Source: a bacterium
Lineage (GTDB): Bacteria; Zhuqueibacterota; Zhuqueibacteria; Oceanimicrobiales; Oceanimicrobiaceae
Reading direction: 5' to 3'
DNA: 64,000 nucleotides
NCBI GenBank assembly: GCA_046757025.1
Contig: JBHHXN010000010.1
Span: 1 to 64,000, forward strand
A program made the position numbers and the translations under genes. Below the pieces are notes generated by a model. The model saw nothing but the letters and a program-made list of their open reading frames with translations. It was not told the DNA's origin and searched no databases. Positions 22,460 to 31,562 of the stretch are shown here, in pieces. How positions within the stretch are numbered: the stretch's first letter is position 1; each line of letters begins with the position of its first letter.

Positions 22460-22612
22460 GTCTGAACGAAAACGACCCTATCTTCCCGAATGCCTCCTGG
22501 CCGAGGATGAATTCACGCTTGGCTCGGTGCGGCCTTTCCTGAGCTTTGTCGAAGGGACGCCTCAGCAAAGAGGTTCTTAAATCGCGCATTTCTCGAGTTT
22601 TCGTTCAGACAC
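22460..22612. mobile_element. Family-A miniature TIR element, copy 2 (opposite orientation to copy 1)
   Basis: TIR gtctgaacgaaaac / gttttcgttcagac; body homologous to the other A copies. Confidence 0.88.
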
Positions 22613-22621
22613 TAGTTATCA

Positions 22622-22789
22622 CTTAGTGCTCCATTTCAGAAATGGTTGTCGGATTCACAAGAGATAATAGCAGCTACCGATCTTCACCCTTCTACTCCGC
22701 TCTGGGTGAAGATCATGGTTTTCCGATTTTAAATGGGGCTCAGCATGAAGATAGGTACCCGACAATCAATTTTGAAATGGAATACTAAG
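22622..22789. mobile_element. Family-B miniature TIR element, copy 1
   Basis: Ends cttagtgctccatttcag / ttgaaatggaatactaag; internal hairpin gatcttcaccc...gggtgaagatc; inverted homolog at 42923-43091. Confidence 0.88.
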
Positions 22790-22932
22790 CCCAACTGAGT
22801 AGTCGAACGAGTGGGATTCGTCAAAAATTTGTGGCTCTTCCGGACCGCTATTCGTTCTGTGTCCGGAACCCGTTGCGGAGTGTCGAGTCATTAGGTTATC
22901 AAATTTATTGTAAAATCTTTTCAGGGTTCACT

Positions 22933-23283
22933 ATGACATTAAGCTACGCTGAAACAACATCTCTGCCCGATGTTTCAGAAAAAACCCGCACGAAAAAACG
23001 CAAAAAACCGCTACATATCCCTCAGTACCACGTAGTTTTATTAGACGACAATGAGCACACGTACGACTATGTCATCGAAATGCTAATGCAAATATTCCGA
23101 CACACTGAGACCAAGGCTTTTCAAATGGCCTGCGAAGTGGATCTGACGGGGAGGGTGATCGTGGATACCACTACTAAAGAACGGGCTGAGTTAAAAAGAG
23201 ACCAGATTCATGCCTACGGTCCGGATTGGAGAATTCCGCACAGTGCGGGTTCCATGTCGGCGATAATCGAGCCCGCCGCTTGA
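22933..23283 (+). CDS. clpS: ATP-dependent Clp protease adaptor ClpS
   Basis: YHVVLLDDNEHTYDYV and EVDLTGR motifs; ATG at 22933 preferred to GTG at 22831. Confidence 0.88.
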   Translation: MTLSYAETTSLPDVSEKTRTKKRKKPLHIPQYHVVLLDDNEHTYDYVIEMLMQIFRHTETKAFQMACEVDLTGRVIVDTTTKERAELKRDQIHAYGPDWRIPHSAGSMSAIIEPAA

Positions 23284-24120
23284 TCAGTTTTTGGAAAAAA
23301 AGTTGTCGGCAAGGTTTAAATTGAATTTTACCTCTACTACTTTTGCATCGATAAACAATTTCCCCCTGGCTTTAACTTCGGTATGAAATGGCAAGCGTAT
23401 GCCGTCAACTTCGCGGTAATCAGAATAGATCTCTTCGAGTACCGCCAGCCTAAGCTCTGAAGCGCCGTGGTACGTTTTTTTGGAAATCAGCAAGGTAGCA
23501 GCGTCAATATACAAGTTGAAAAATTCGCCGCTATTGTCCTTTATTTGCAACACATAATTGGACTTTCCCGCGATGGTTTCCCTTCCAAAATATTTAATAT
23601 TTAATTCCTGACTTTCGCTTCTTTTAAACAAATTGATCGTGTCACGAAATAATCCACGTTTCATTTCACGTAATTCACTTTGTGTCAGATCGCTTATGTT
23701 GTCATCGACTTTTTTCCAGCCGGAATGGCCTTGCAAAACCTGAACCCTCTCCCCTGCTTTTAACTGAAAAATCTGTTTGGTTTTATCCGGCAATTGTGCG
23801 ATTTCGGTAACCTTTAAATCTAATTTAGTTCGAGATTGCATGATCACATTCTCGGTGGTGATGCGAAAATTCCGGATCTGCGCAAATCTATCTCGTCCGC
23901 CGGCGGCTTCTACGGCCTTGAGCAGTATTTCTCTTCCGTTCGTGAGCGAGCTTGGTACTTGGGGATGTTTTTTTTGTTGAAAAATCATTGGCGTCGCTGT
24001 TTGAATACAGATCCCTGAGCAAAAGGCCGTACAAATAAACACCAGCAAAAAGCGATTGTGGTGGCTAACCATTTTGGATTGAGGAGGTTTTTTTTTCATG
24101 GTAAATACACTCCAGAACAA
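23284..24120 (-). CDS. Hypothetical exported protein (LolA-like/lipoprotein-sorting-type beta fold suspected)
   Basis: EAAGG near the N-terminus, YSDYREVDGI.LPF near the C-terminus, hydrophobic leader; start uncertain. Confidence 0.65.
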   Translation of the reverse strand: MFWSVFTMKKKPPQSKMVSHHNRFLLVFICTAFCSGICIQTATPMIFQQKKHPQVPSSLTNGREILLKAVEAAGGRDRFAQIRNFRITTENVIMQSRTKLDLKVTEIAQLPDKTKQIFQLKAGERVQVLQGHSGWKKVDDNISDLTQSELREMKRGLFRDTINLFKRSESQELNIKYFGRETIAGKSNYVLQIKDNSGEFFNLYIDAATLLISKKTYHGASELRLAVLEEIYSDYREVDGIRLPFHTEVKARGKLFIDAKVVEVKFNLNLADNFFSKN

Positions 24121-24149
24121 TTATCAACTTTTCATATTGGCTCACGGAA

Positions 24150-25985
24150 TCAATTATCGGTACTCCATTTAATCAGAGCATCGTCGTAAGCATGAATTAA
24201 GTCACGATAACTGAGAAAGCCTAAAATTTTGTTTGAATCCAGTCTATCCACCACCGGAATGGTTGAATACTTGGTTTTGAGAAATTTCACCAGGGCCTGG
24301 TGTAAATTCTCGCCCGGGGTCATCGTAACTAAGGGCGTTTTTATATCCTCAGCCACGATAATTTCTCCGATGCCTTCGTCTCCGATCACAGCTCGTAAAC
24401 TACCCATAGAAAGCAATCCCGTGATTTCGCCCTCTTTATTCACGACGGGAAAACTATCTTCCTCGCTATCAGAAAAATAAGGCAGGATCCTTTGAACAGG
24501 CAAACTGTTGGGAATTTTGGGCAACTTGGCATTGGGTTTAAAAGCGATTTCCACGGGGATTTCTTTCAAAATATCCACGATCAAATCCCCGCGGTGAGCA
24601 GGGGAGTCGGCAAAGCTTTTTACTTGCTGATTATAAATACTCCACTTTCTCGCGACAAAATAAGAAATGGTAGAGGTAAATATCAACGGTACCAATAAAC
24701 CATAACTCCCGGTCATTTCCGTGATCATGATGGTCAACGAAACCGGTACATTGGCTGTGCCGGCAAAAAAGGCCGCCATGCCCACGAGAACAAAAGCCGT
24801 GGGCTGGGTCACAATATTGGGAAACAACAGTTGCGCGAAGCCGCCGAAAGCGCCGCCCAACATGGCACCGATAAACAAGGAGGGGGCGAAAATACCGCCG
24901 CTACCGCCGGAACTGATTGAAAATGAAGTTGCAAACACTTTAAAGACCGCTGCGGTCAACATAAGTGAGATAGCAAGTTTTCCATCGATGGCTAACTGAA
25001 TCCAACCATACCCCGATCCAAGAATGTACGGAAAGAAGAATCCAAGAATGCCTAATAAAAGCCCCCCCAGTGCCGGCTTAAAATGCCTGGGAATTTTTAA
25101 TGGTGCGAAAAATTTTTCATGAAAGCCGTAGAAAATTTTTACGTAGAAAATACCCAAAAGAGCACAAAGCAAACCAAAAACTCCGTAAAACAACAACTCC
25201 AGGGGGTTTTGGAAAATGTAGCGACCGGTCGAAAAAATCGTGTTCCAGCCAAAAAATGACGCAAAAACCGAAAATCCAATTATGGACGAGGTGATGGCCG
25301 GCACCAATCCTTCTGTTTCTAAATCGTCTTTATATAATGATTCGACAGCAAAAATGGCTCCGCCAATGGGGGATCTAAAAATACTCCCGATGCCGGCCGC
25401 CATACCGGACACTACCATGATTCGTCGTTCGCGATCAGAGAGCTTCAATTTCGTGGCCAAAACCGAGCCAAATCCCGCACCGATTTGCGCGATGGGGCCT
25501 TCACGGCCGGCGCTGCCGCCAGTGCCGATGGTCACGGCCGAGGCGATGGTTTTTATCAGTGGCACGCGTTTACGAATGATGCCCCGCTCCTGATGAAAAG
25601 ATTTTATCACACCGTCGGTTCCGTGCCCTTCCGCTTCCGGCGCCCAGGTATAAACCAGAAATCCAGAAATCAAGCCACCTACTGTTGGAATAATCAATAG
25701 CCACCAAGGGTTCAATGGCAGGGTATATTCGCCCGAATTGTTGCCCTCCCCGCCAGGAAGCGGAGGGGAATATTTTGCTAACCCATGGAGAGAGACTTCT
25801 TCTACCCCCATTTGCAAATAGAAAAATAATATGGCGCCCAGTCCGGCCACAATACCAATGAGCAGACTAAAAAACATCCAGCGGCCGGTGAACTTAAATT
25901 CAAAATAGTCGCCAAATCGTTTCCAATATTTCCGGCTACTTATGAGCTTTTTTTTAATATGTAGGTTCTTTTTTCTCGAGTTCAT
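24150..25985 (-). CDS. ClC family chloride channel/H+ antiporter with two CBS domains
   Basis: GHGTD, GREGP, GGIFAP motifs; C-terminal CBS pair. Confidence 0.95.
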   Translation of the reverse strand: MNSRKKNLHIKKKLISSRKYWKRFGDYFEFKFTGRWMFFSLLIGIVAGLGAILFFYLQMGVEEVSLHGLAKYSPPLPGGEGNNSGEYTLPLNPWWLLIIPTVGGLISGFLVYTWAPEAEGHGTDGVIKSFHQERGIIRKRVPLIKTIASAVTIGTGGSAGREGPIAQIGAGFGSVLATKLKLSDRERRIMVVSGMAAGIGSIFRSPIGGAIFAVESLYKDDLETEGLVPAITSSIIGFSVFASFFGWNTIFSTGRYIFQNPLELLFYGVFGLLCALLGIFYVKIFYGFHEKFFAPLKIPRHFKPALGGLLLGILGFFFPYILGSGYGWIQLAIDGKLAISLMLTAAVFKVFATSFSISSGGSGGIFAPSLFIGAMLGGAFGGFAQLLFPNIVTQPTAFVLVGMAAFFAGTANVPVSLTIMITEMTGSYGLLVPLIFTSTISYFVARKWSIYNQQVKSFADSPAHRGDLIVDILKEIPVEIAFKPNAKLPKIPNSLPVQRILPYFSDSEEDSFPVVNKEGEITGLLSMGSLRAVIGDEGIGEIIVAEDIKTPLVTMTPGENLHQALVKFLKTKYSTIPVVDRLDSNKILGFLSYRDLIHAYDDALIKWSTDN

Positions 25986-26148
25986 TTTATTAGTTTATGC
26001 TCTTTTATGCCATAGCCTGTTTTGTTGGTGACGAATCGGTTGCCAATTTTCGATTGAAAGAAATTTTTTGAAAATGCAAATGAAGTTTTATTAACAATAT
26101 TCGCACCACAATGTATGACTGACGGGGCACTTTTCAGTTGCAATTAAA

Positions 26149-26727
26149 TTATCCCGTACTCCTCTGCAAAAGCACCTGAAATTGCATGAGCGATTTTTTT
26201 TTCAGGAGACAATTAAATCCGGCCCGGTGCGTTTTGTTTATAAAATTTTTGTAGGTCAGCAATCGCAATGGCTGAGCCAAAAATAACCTAAATAAATTGA
26301 ACATATTTAGTTGTGACAATGTCAGCAGCACGTAACCGGCAGCTTCACAAACTCTTTTGGCTTCCTCCAAAAACGCTGCCTGGTTGCTCAAATATTCAAA
26401 GATTCCGACGGCGGTAACCAGTTCAAAAGTAGAATTTTTAAACGGCAGAGCCAGTGCGTCTGCGACGACAAAATAGCATGCTTTTTTGCGCCTGGCAATT
26501 TTAATCATGTTGAGTGAACTATCCACAGCAACGGTAGTTGTGGAGTTTGGAAACAAATCCAGTGCGGTGCCCGTCCCTGTTCCAACATCCAGAATCGGTC
26601 CTTGATTTAATTTGATTTGAAAAAGCAGAGCCTGAATATTTTCTAATTCTCTATACAGCAACCATCTTAATGGAAATAAACTTCGATACCGATCATAATT
26701 TTTTGCTTTCCAGTCCCAAAGATTCAT
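26149..26727 (-). CDS. Class I SAM-dependent methyltransferase
   Basis: LDVGTGTG and ADALALPF motifs. Confidence 0.88.
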   Translation of the reverse strand: MNLWDWKAKNYDRYRSLFPLRWLLYRELENIQALLFQIKLNQGPILDVGTGTGTALDLFPNSTTTVAVDSSLNMIKIARRKKACYFVVADALALPFKNSTFELVTAVGIFEYLSNQAAFLEEAKRVCEAAGYVLLTLSQLNMFNLFRLFLAQPLRLLTYKNFINKTHRAGFNCLLKKKSLMQFQVLLQRSTG

Positions 26728-26770
26728 GGTGAGTAATTAAACGGATTTTCGACCCGTTTCCGCCCTTCAT

Positions 26771-27592
26771 TCACAATTTCATTTTTCCAATAATCGCTTT
26801 TATCAACAAAGAGAACTTATCTTTGACTATTTCGGCCACTTCAGTCACTTCATGGTGACTAAGTTTACTGTGCGATAGCCCCGTTGCTAAATTGGTAATA
26901 CATGAAATACCCAAAACCCGTAATCCGCGATAAACCGCTGCGATTACTTCCGGCACCGTGGACATGGTACCGGCATCTCCCCCCAATCGCTGCACCATCC
27001 TCACTTCGGCAGCGGACTCATAAGTGGGGCCTTTCATGGCCGCCAGCACACCTTTTTGAAGTTTAATTCCCAACTCCATCGCCGTCTGCTCTGCCAGAGC
27101 AATGAGTTCCCGGTTGTATGATTCCGACATGTCCGGAAAACGCGGCCCCAAACGATGATCGTTCAGGCCAAACAACGGATTGTCAAACATCAAATTGATG
27201 TGATCCACAATCAGCATTAAATCGCCTGGCTGAAACGTCTGATTAATGCCACCGGCTGCGTTGGTGACGATCAAATTCCTCACTCCCAATTCAGTCATTA
27301 AGTGCACAGGATAAGTGACCGTTTGCAGCGAATATCCTTCATACGAGTGAATCCGGCCCTGGAGGGTCAAAATGCGCTTGTTTTCGATATCGCCAAACAC
27401 CCACCTGCCAGCATGCCCCTCCACAGTGGATTGCGGATAATGCGGAATGGATTGGGTATCGATGACGGTTTGATTCTGTAATTCTTTCGCAAACGGCCCG
27501 AGACCCGATCCCAGAATCACTGCAATTTGGGGCGAATCTTCGGTCAAATTTCGGATAAATTCGATGGATTCTTTCAGCTGTTGTTTTAACAT
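26771..27592 (-). CDS. punA: Purine nucleoside phosphorylase (trimeric, PunA/XapA type)
   Basis: ILGSGLG, GR.HSYEG, TNAAGG, GPTYES.AE, MSTVPE motifs. Confidence 0.95.
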   Translation of the reverse strand: MLKQQLKESIEFIRNLTEDSPQIAVILGSGLGPFAKELQNQTVIDTQSIPHYPQSTVEGHAGRWVFGDIENKRILTLQGRIHSYEGYSLQTVTYPVHLMTELGVRNLIVTNAAGGINQTFQPGDLMLIVDHINLMFDNPLFGLNDHRLGPRFPDMSESYNRELIALAEQTAMELGIKLQKGVLAAMKGPTYESAAEVRMVQRLGGDAGTMSTVPEVIAAVYRGLRVLGISCITNLATGLSHSKLSHHEVTEVAEIVKDKFSLLIKAIIGKMKL

Positions 27593-27630
27593 ATTTTCAC
27601 GAATAAGGCTTCCAGTTTATTAATTCTACA

Positions 27631-27659
27631 AATATAATAGATATTTATTGCAATGTCAA
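27631..27659 (-). promoter_or_regulatory. Sigma70-type promoter for the PNP gene
   Basis: TTGACA-N17-TATATT on the minus strand. Confidence 0.7.
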
Positions 27660-27926
27660 TGCAGAGCAGCGGGTTCCTCCACCATAAAATCCGACTAGCT
27701 ACATAAATTAAAGTACTCCAGTTTCGTAGTTGTGTAATCACCTGTTTTTTAGGTATTTTTCTTAACTTGAATTCACATCATTCTATATAATCACAATCGT
27801 TAAAAAATTCCAAAATAGGAGTAGGCAGCCATTTATTTGAAAAGTCCCTTTTAAATCGACTTTTTGAGTAAATATTAAAAAGGCGTTTTATACCAGAACA
27901 CCCGATTCTCAAATAACCACTTTGAT

Positions 27927-28006
27927 TTTAACGTAAAGGCCGCTGAGAGCACAGTGAGCTTCGCACAGAGAGGGTTTTCTCTGCGCCTTTGCGCCTCGGC
28001 GTTAAA
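27927..28006. repeat. Degenerate palindromic repeat of the aacgc-ag-ag-gcgc-ag-ag type
   Basis: tttaacgtaaaggccgctgag ... ctctgcgcctttgcgcctcggcgttaaa, an imperfect inverted repeat in AT-rich DNA. Confidence 0.6.
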
Positions 28007-28101
28007 TAAAAATAGTTAAAAGTGTCCATACAACCTCACTCACTCTAATTTTGGAAGAGTCATGTAATCTCTTTAAAATTAACTGCTTAAATTGTGATTA
28101 A

Positions 28102-28322
28102 TACGGTTATCCAGTTAACTCAGCTTGAACTTATAAAAACTCTTTTCGATTGATATAAACCTTAATCGTCATGCCCGCGAAGGCGGGCATCCAGAGGTTT
28201 CGACCGCCTCAAATCTTTGTTTCTAAATGGATTCCCGCTTTCGCGGGAATGACTGACTATAGCATTCTTTTAAATACTGAATTCAGTAATAACCCCGTTT
28301 CTGAGCAAACTGGATAGCCGTA
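28102..28322. mobile_element. Family-D miniature TIR element, complete, nested in a family-A end
   Basis: 22-bp TIR tacggttatccagttaactcag / ctgagcaaactggatagccgta; perfect 9-bp TSD tgtgattaa (28093-28101, 28323-28331); internal inverted REP pair at 28167-28253. Confidence 0.92.
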
Positions 28323-28323
28323 T

Positions 28324-28479
28324 GTGATTAAACGAAAACCACCCGATCTTCTCGAAGGCCTCCTGGCCGAGGGTGAATGCCTGCTTGGCTTGGTGGAGCC
28401 TGTCCAGAGCTTTGTCAAAGGGACGCCCTCGCGAAGAGATTATTTATATCGCGCATTTCTTGAGTTTTCGTTCAGGCGC
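28324..28479. mobile_element. Family-A miniature TIR element, copy 3 (left end interrupted by the D element)
   Basis: gtgattaaacgaaaac ... gttttcgttcaggcgc; outer flanks taaatt (28088-28093) / taaata (28480-28485). Confidence 0.88.
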
Positions 28480-28553
28480 TAAATATGAATTTATTAGCTT
28501 GACCTTATTTGTTTTTGTTTACATTATCTAAGTGCGAAACTTGAGTAAAAGTA

Positions 28554-29849
28554 TTAAATTCTTAAAGTTCTCACCGTTCGTGCGATGGGATACACCAACA
28601 GTAAAGTCACCAGCGCAGAAACAGAGAGAATGATACTTTCAGTTGGAGCGGCCATTTTTAACAATGCCGCAGCCGCTTTCAAGACATTTGAAATACCGAT
28701 AATTATGGTTACTGCTACCACCACGCCCATGAGGACGTTAGACAATAAGCTGTTCAAATTTTTGGCGCTCATTAAATATCGATTGTTCACTACCATCAAT
28801 AAGAACACCGCCACCAAAGGCAGTACGATGCCATTGAACGCCTGCGCCAGAATAATGGCCGGAATGGGTTTGATATTTGCCAGCCCAAAGCCGATGCCAA
28901 CGGCTAAAACAGTCAGCCAGATGCCGCGATATTTCCAGGAACGATTGTGCCAGCCATTTTCATCCTGGCGCTGAAAGAGATTTTGGGCGGTAATCGCTGC
29001 TGCCAGCGGAGCGGTAATGGCCGATGACAAACCAGCAGCGCACAATCCAAATGCAAATAACGGTTTTGACCAGACACCGATTTTTTGTGATAAAGCCCCG
29101 ACCAGGCTGTCATAAGTAAAACTGCCGTGAACGGAGGCTCCCACCACCAGCACGCCCATGGAAATCAATCCCCCCAGAACGATGGAAACACTCAAACCAA
29201 AGCGCAACTCCTGGAGATTTTGGCCGGCTGCGATGCCCGATCCCAAAAACAAATTATAGGGCACCACCGTGGTTCCGATAAGTCCCAGGATCAAGAGACC
29301 GGAGCCCGCTGGCATTTGTGGAATAAAACTGCCAGCGAATAATTGCGAAAAGGACGGTTTCAACAAAATGGCTGTGAACAGAAAGGCGATTCCCATGAAT
29401 GCCACAACGGTACTTAAAAAATAAGCGACTCCTCGGGTGGTTCCCAGCCAGAGTATGATACCAGCGAAACCTCCGATAAGGAGCGTCCACCATCTGGCAG
29501 ATACACCGCTTCCCATAATCGCGCCGGTCACTCCGCCAAGAATGTTGCCGGCTTCATAAGCCGCGCAACCAAAAATGATGGCTCCAATTACCAAAAGCAA
29601 AATCAGCCAGCCCTTGAAACTGCCAAAAAATTGTTTGCGAATGGCCTGACCCAGACTCATGCCCGTGACCACCGCAATGCGGGCGCTGGCCTCCTGCAAA
29701 ACCAGCGTCGCGATGGTTGAAAACAGCAACGCCCATAACAGGGTATAGCCAAACTGGGCACCGGCGGATGCCGCGGTGGTAACCGTACCTGGACCAATGA
29801 AAGCGGCAGCGATGATCGACCAGAATAACACCGATAACAATCTTTTCAT
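28554..29849 (-). CDS. NRAMP-superfamily (YcsG-like) transporter, possibly for 5-oxoproline or hydantoin uptake
   Basis: AAFIGPG and GTTVVPYN motifs, many TM segments; directly downstream of the oxoprolinase genes. Confidence 0.85.
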   Translation of the reverse strand: MKRLLSVLFWSIIAAAFIGPGTVTTAASAGAQFGYTLLWALLFSTIATLVLQEASARIAVVTGMSLGQAIRKQFFGSFKGWLILLLVIGAIIFGCAAYEAGNILGGVTGAIMGSGVSARWWTLLIGGFAGIILWLGTTRGVAYFLSTVVAFMGIAFLFTAILLKPSFSQLFAGSFIPQMPAGSGLLILGLIGTTVVPYNLFLGSGIAAGQNLQELRFGLSVSIVLGGLISMGVLVVGASVHGSFTYDSLVGALSQKIGVWSKPLFAFGLCAAGLSSAITAPLAAAITAQNLFQRQDENGWHNRSWKYRGIWLTVLAVGIGFGLANIKPIPAIILAQAFNGIVLPLVAVFLLMVVNNRYLMSAKNLNSLLSNVLMGVVVAVTIIIGISNVLKAAAALLKMAAPTESIILSVSALVTLLLVYPIARTVRTLRI

Positions 29850-29930
29850 ATTGCAGTTCCTTTACTTGAGTGAATGCTCAACTATGAAACGGCCAAGCTT
29901 GTTAAATTAGAATGCAATTGAGAAGTGGAA

Positions 29931-31496
29931 TTATTCTTTTTTACCAAATCCACCTCCTCCCGGAGTTTCGAGGATCAAACGATCGCCTGGATAAACCGTA
30001 CACCCGTCCATGGCCTGTAATTCGATGATTTCGCCTGAGGCTCTAATCAAACGCTGTCGGCCGGGGGACCCCGCTTCGCCGCCCGCCAGGGCAAAGGGCG
30101 CCTGCGAGCGATTCTGGCTAAGAATGGAGAGTTCCATTTGCTTCAAAAAGGTAAATTCCCGAATCACGCCGTCCCCCCCGCGAAAATTGCCAGAACCACC
30201 AGAATCTTTCCGGATGGCAAAGCGCTCGACACGTACGGGATATCGGTGCTCAACCACCTCTACATCGGTGATGCGTGTGTTTGTCATGTGACTGTGCACG
30301 GCGCTGGCGCCATGAAAATTCGGTCCGGCGCCGCAACCACCGCAAACGGTTTCATAATAGCCAAATTCATCGGTTCCGAAAAGCAAGTTATTCATGGTTC
30401 CCTGACTTCCCGCCAGAAACTTCAGCGCTTTCAACATGGTGTTTACCAGACATTGACTGGTTTCCACATTCCCACCAACTACGGCCGGTGCTTTGTCTGC
30501 CTCTTCAGGAAATTCCGGATTCAACATGCCGGTCGGAATGATCAACTTGATCGGCTGCATCAATCCTTCGTTCAAAGGCAGAGGCTCATTTATCAGCAAA
30601 CGGAGAACATAGATTACCGCGCTGCGCACGATGGCGGGGGTGGCATTCAAATTTCCCGGGTGCACATTTGCTGAACCCGTAAAATCCACTTCAGCACTTG
30701 CTCCTGTTATTTTGAACTGAACACAAACAGATGAGCCATCATCTAATTTTCCTTTTGCCTGGTAAAGTCCGCCCTGCAAATTTGACAACGCTCTTTTTAT
30801 TTTATTTTCGGCGAGCTTTTTCAGCTGCAACATAAAATGAGAAACCACGTCGGCGCCAAAAGACTCAGCCAATTCACCCAAAGCCTGACTGCCGCGATGA
30901 TTTGCGGCCACGGCGGCTCGCAGATCGGCGAGATTGTCTTCCAGAGCGCGCGTGGGGTAAGGCCCTCCCTTTAAAATGGAACGCATGAGAGCCCAGTCGG
31001 CACGACCGTTTTTTACCAGATGAACCGGCGGAATGACCACGCCTTCTTCACTTAGAGAGCGGGCGCGGGGTGGCATGGAGCCGGGTCGAATGCCGCCAAT
31101 TTCTGCATGATGTGCGCGATTGGCTACATATCCCAGCAACTGATTTTGTGTTGTAAAAACCGGCGTGACCACGGTGATATCCGGCAAGTGCGAACCGCCG
31201 AAAGCCGGATGATTTGTCACCGCCACATCCCCCGGCGCTATTTTGAGCTCCTGGCGAAGTTTGCGAACACACAGCCCCATGGCGCCCAGATGCACTGGAA
31301 TATGCGGTGCATTCACCACTAGCTCGCCATCCGCGTCAAGGATGGCGCAGGAAAAATCCAGCCGTTCTTTGACATTGGTGGAAACCGCGGTCCGGCGCAG
31401 CATTTCACCCATCTCCTGTGCTATGGCGCGAAATCGATTGATAAACAATTCCAGTTGAATCACTTCCGCTTGGTCTGTGAGCGATTTTGGTTTCAA
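29931..31496 (-). CDS. Hydantoinase B/5-oxoprolinase C-terminal subunit
   Basis: [38 protein letters not shown] motifs; AGGAG RBS before TTG. Confidence 0.95.
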   Translation of the reverse strand: MKPKSLTDQAEVIQLELFINRFRAIAQEMGEMLRRTAVSTNVKERLDFSCAILDADGELVVNAPHIPVHLGAMGLCVRKLRQELKIAPGDVAVTNHPAFGGSHLPDITVVTPVFTTQNQLLGYVANRAHHAEIGGIRPGSMPPRARSLSEEGVVIPPVHLVKNGRADWALMRSILKGGPYPTRALEDNLADLRAAVAANHRGSQALGELAESFGADVVSHFMLQLKKLAENKIKRALSNLQGGLYQAKGKLDDGSSVCVQFKITGASAEVDFTGSANVHPGNLNATPAIVRSAVIYVLRLLINEPLPLNEGLMQPIKLIIPTGMLNPEFPEEADKAPAVVGGNVETSQCLVNTMLKALKFLAGSQGTMNNLLFGTDEFGYYETVCGGCGAGPNFHGASAVHSHMTNTRITDVEVVEHRYPVRVERFAIRKDSGGSGNFRGGDGVIREFTFLKQMELSILSQNRSQAPFALAGGEAGSPGRQRLIRASGEIIELQAMDGCTVYPGDRLILETPGGGGFGKKE

Positions 31497-31562
31497 TGAA
31501 ATGTCTCCTGAACTAATTCAAATGACGAGGATGATTTGGTTACGCAGCCCAATCCTTTCAAA

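Noticed and set aside
24150..25985. ClC selectivity motif GHGTD instead of GSGIP
   Set aside because: To my knowledge a common variant in CBS-containing prokaryotic ClC proteins; the gating GREGP is intact.
27593..28553. Long non-coding stretch as a possible CRISPR array or large ncRNA
   Set aside because: No regularly spaced direct repeats; the content is largely explained by stacked repeat elements and AT-rich promoter DNA.
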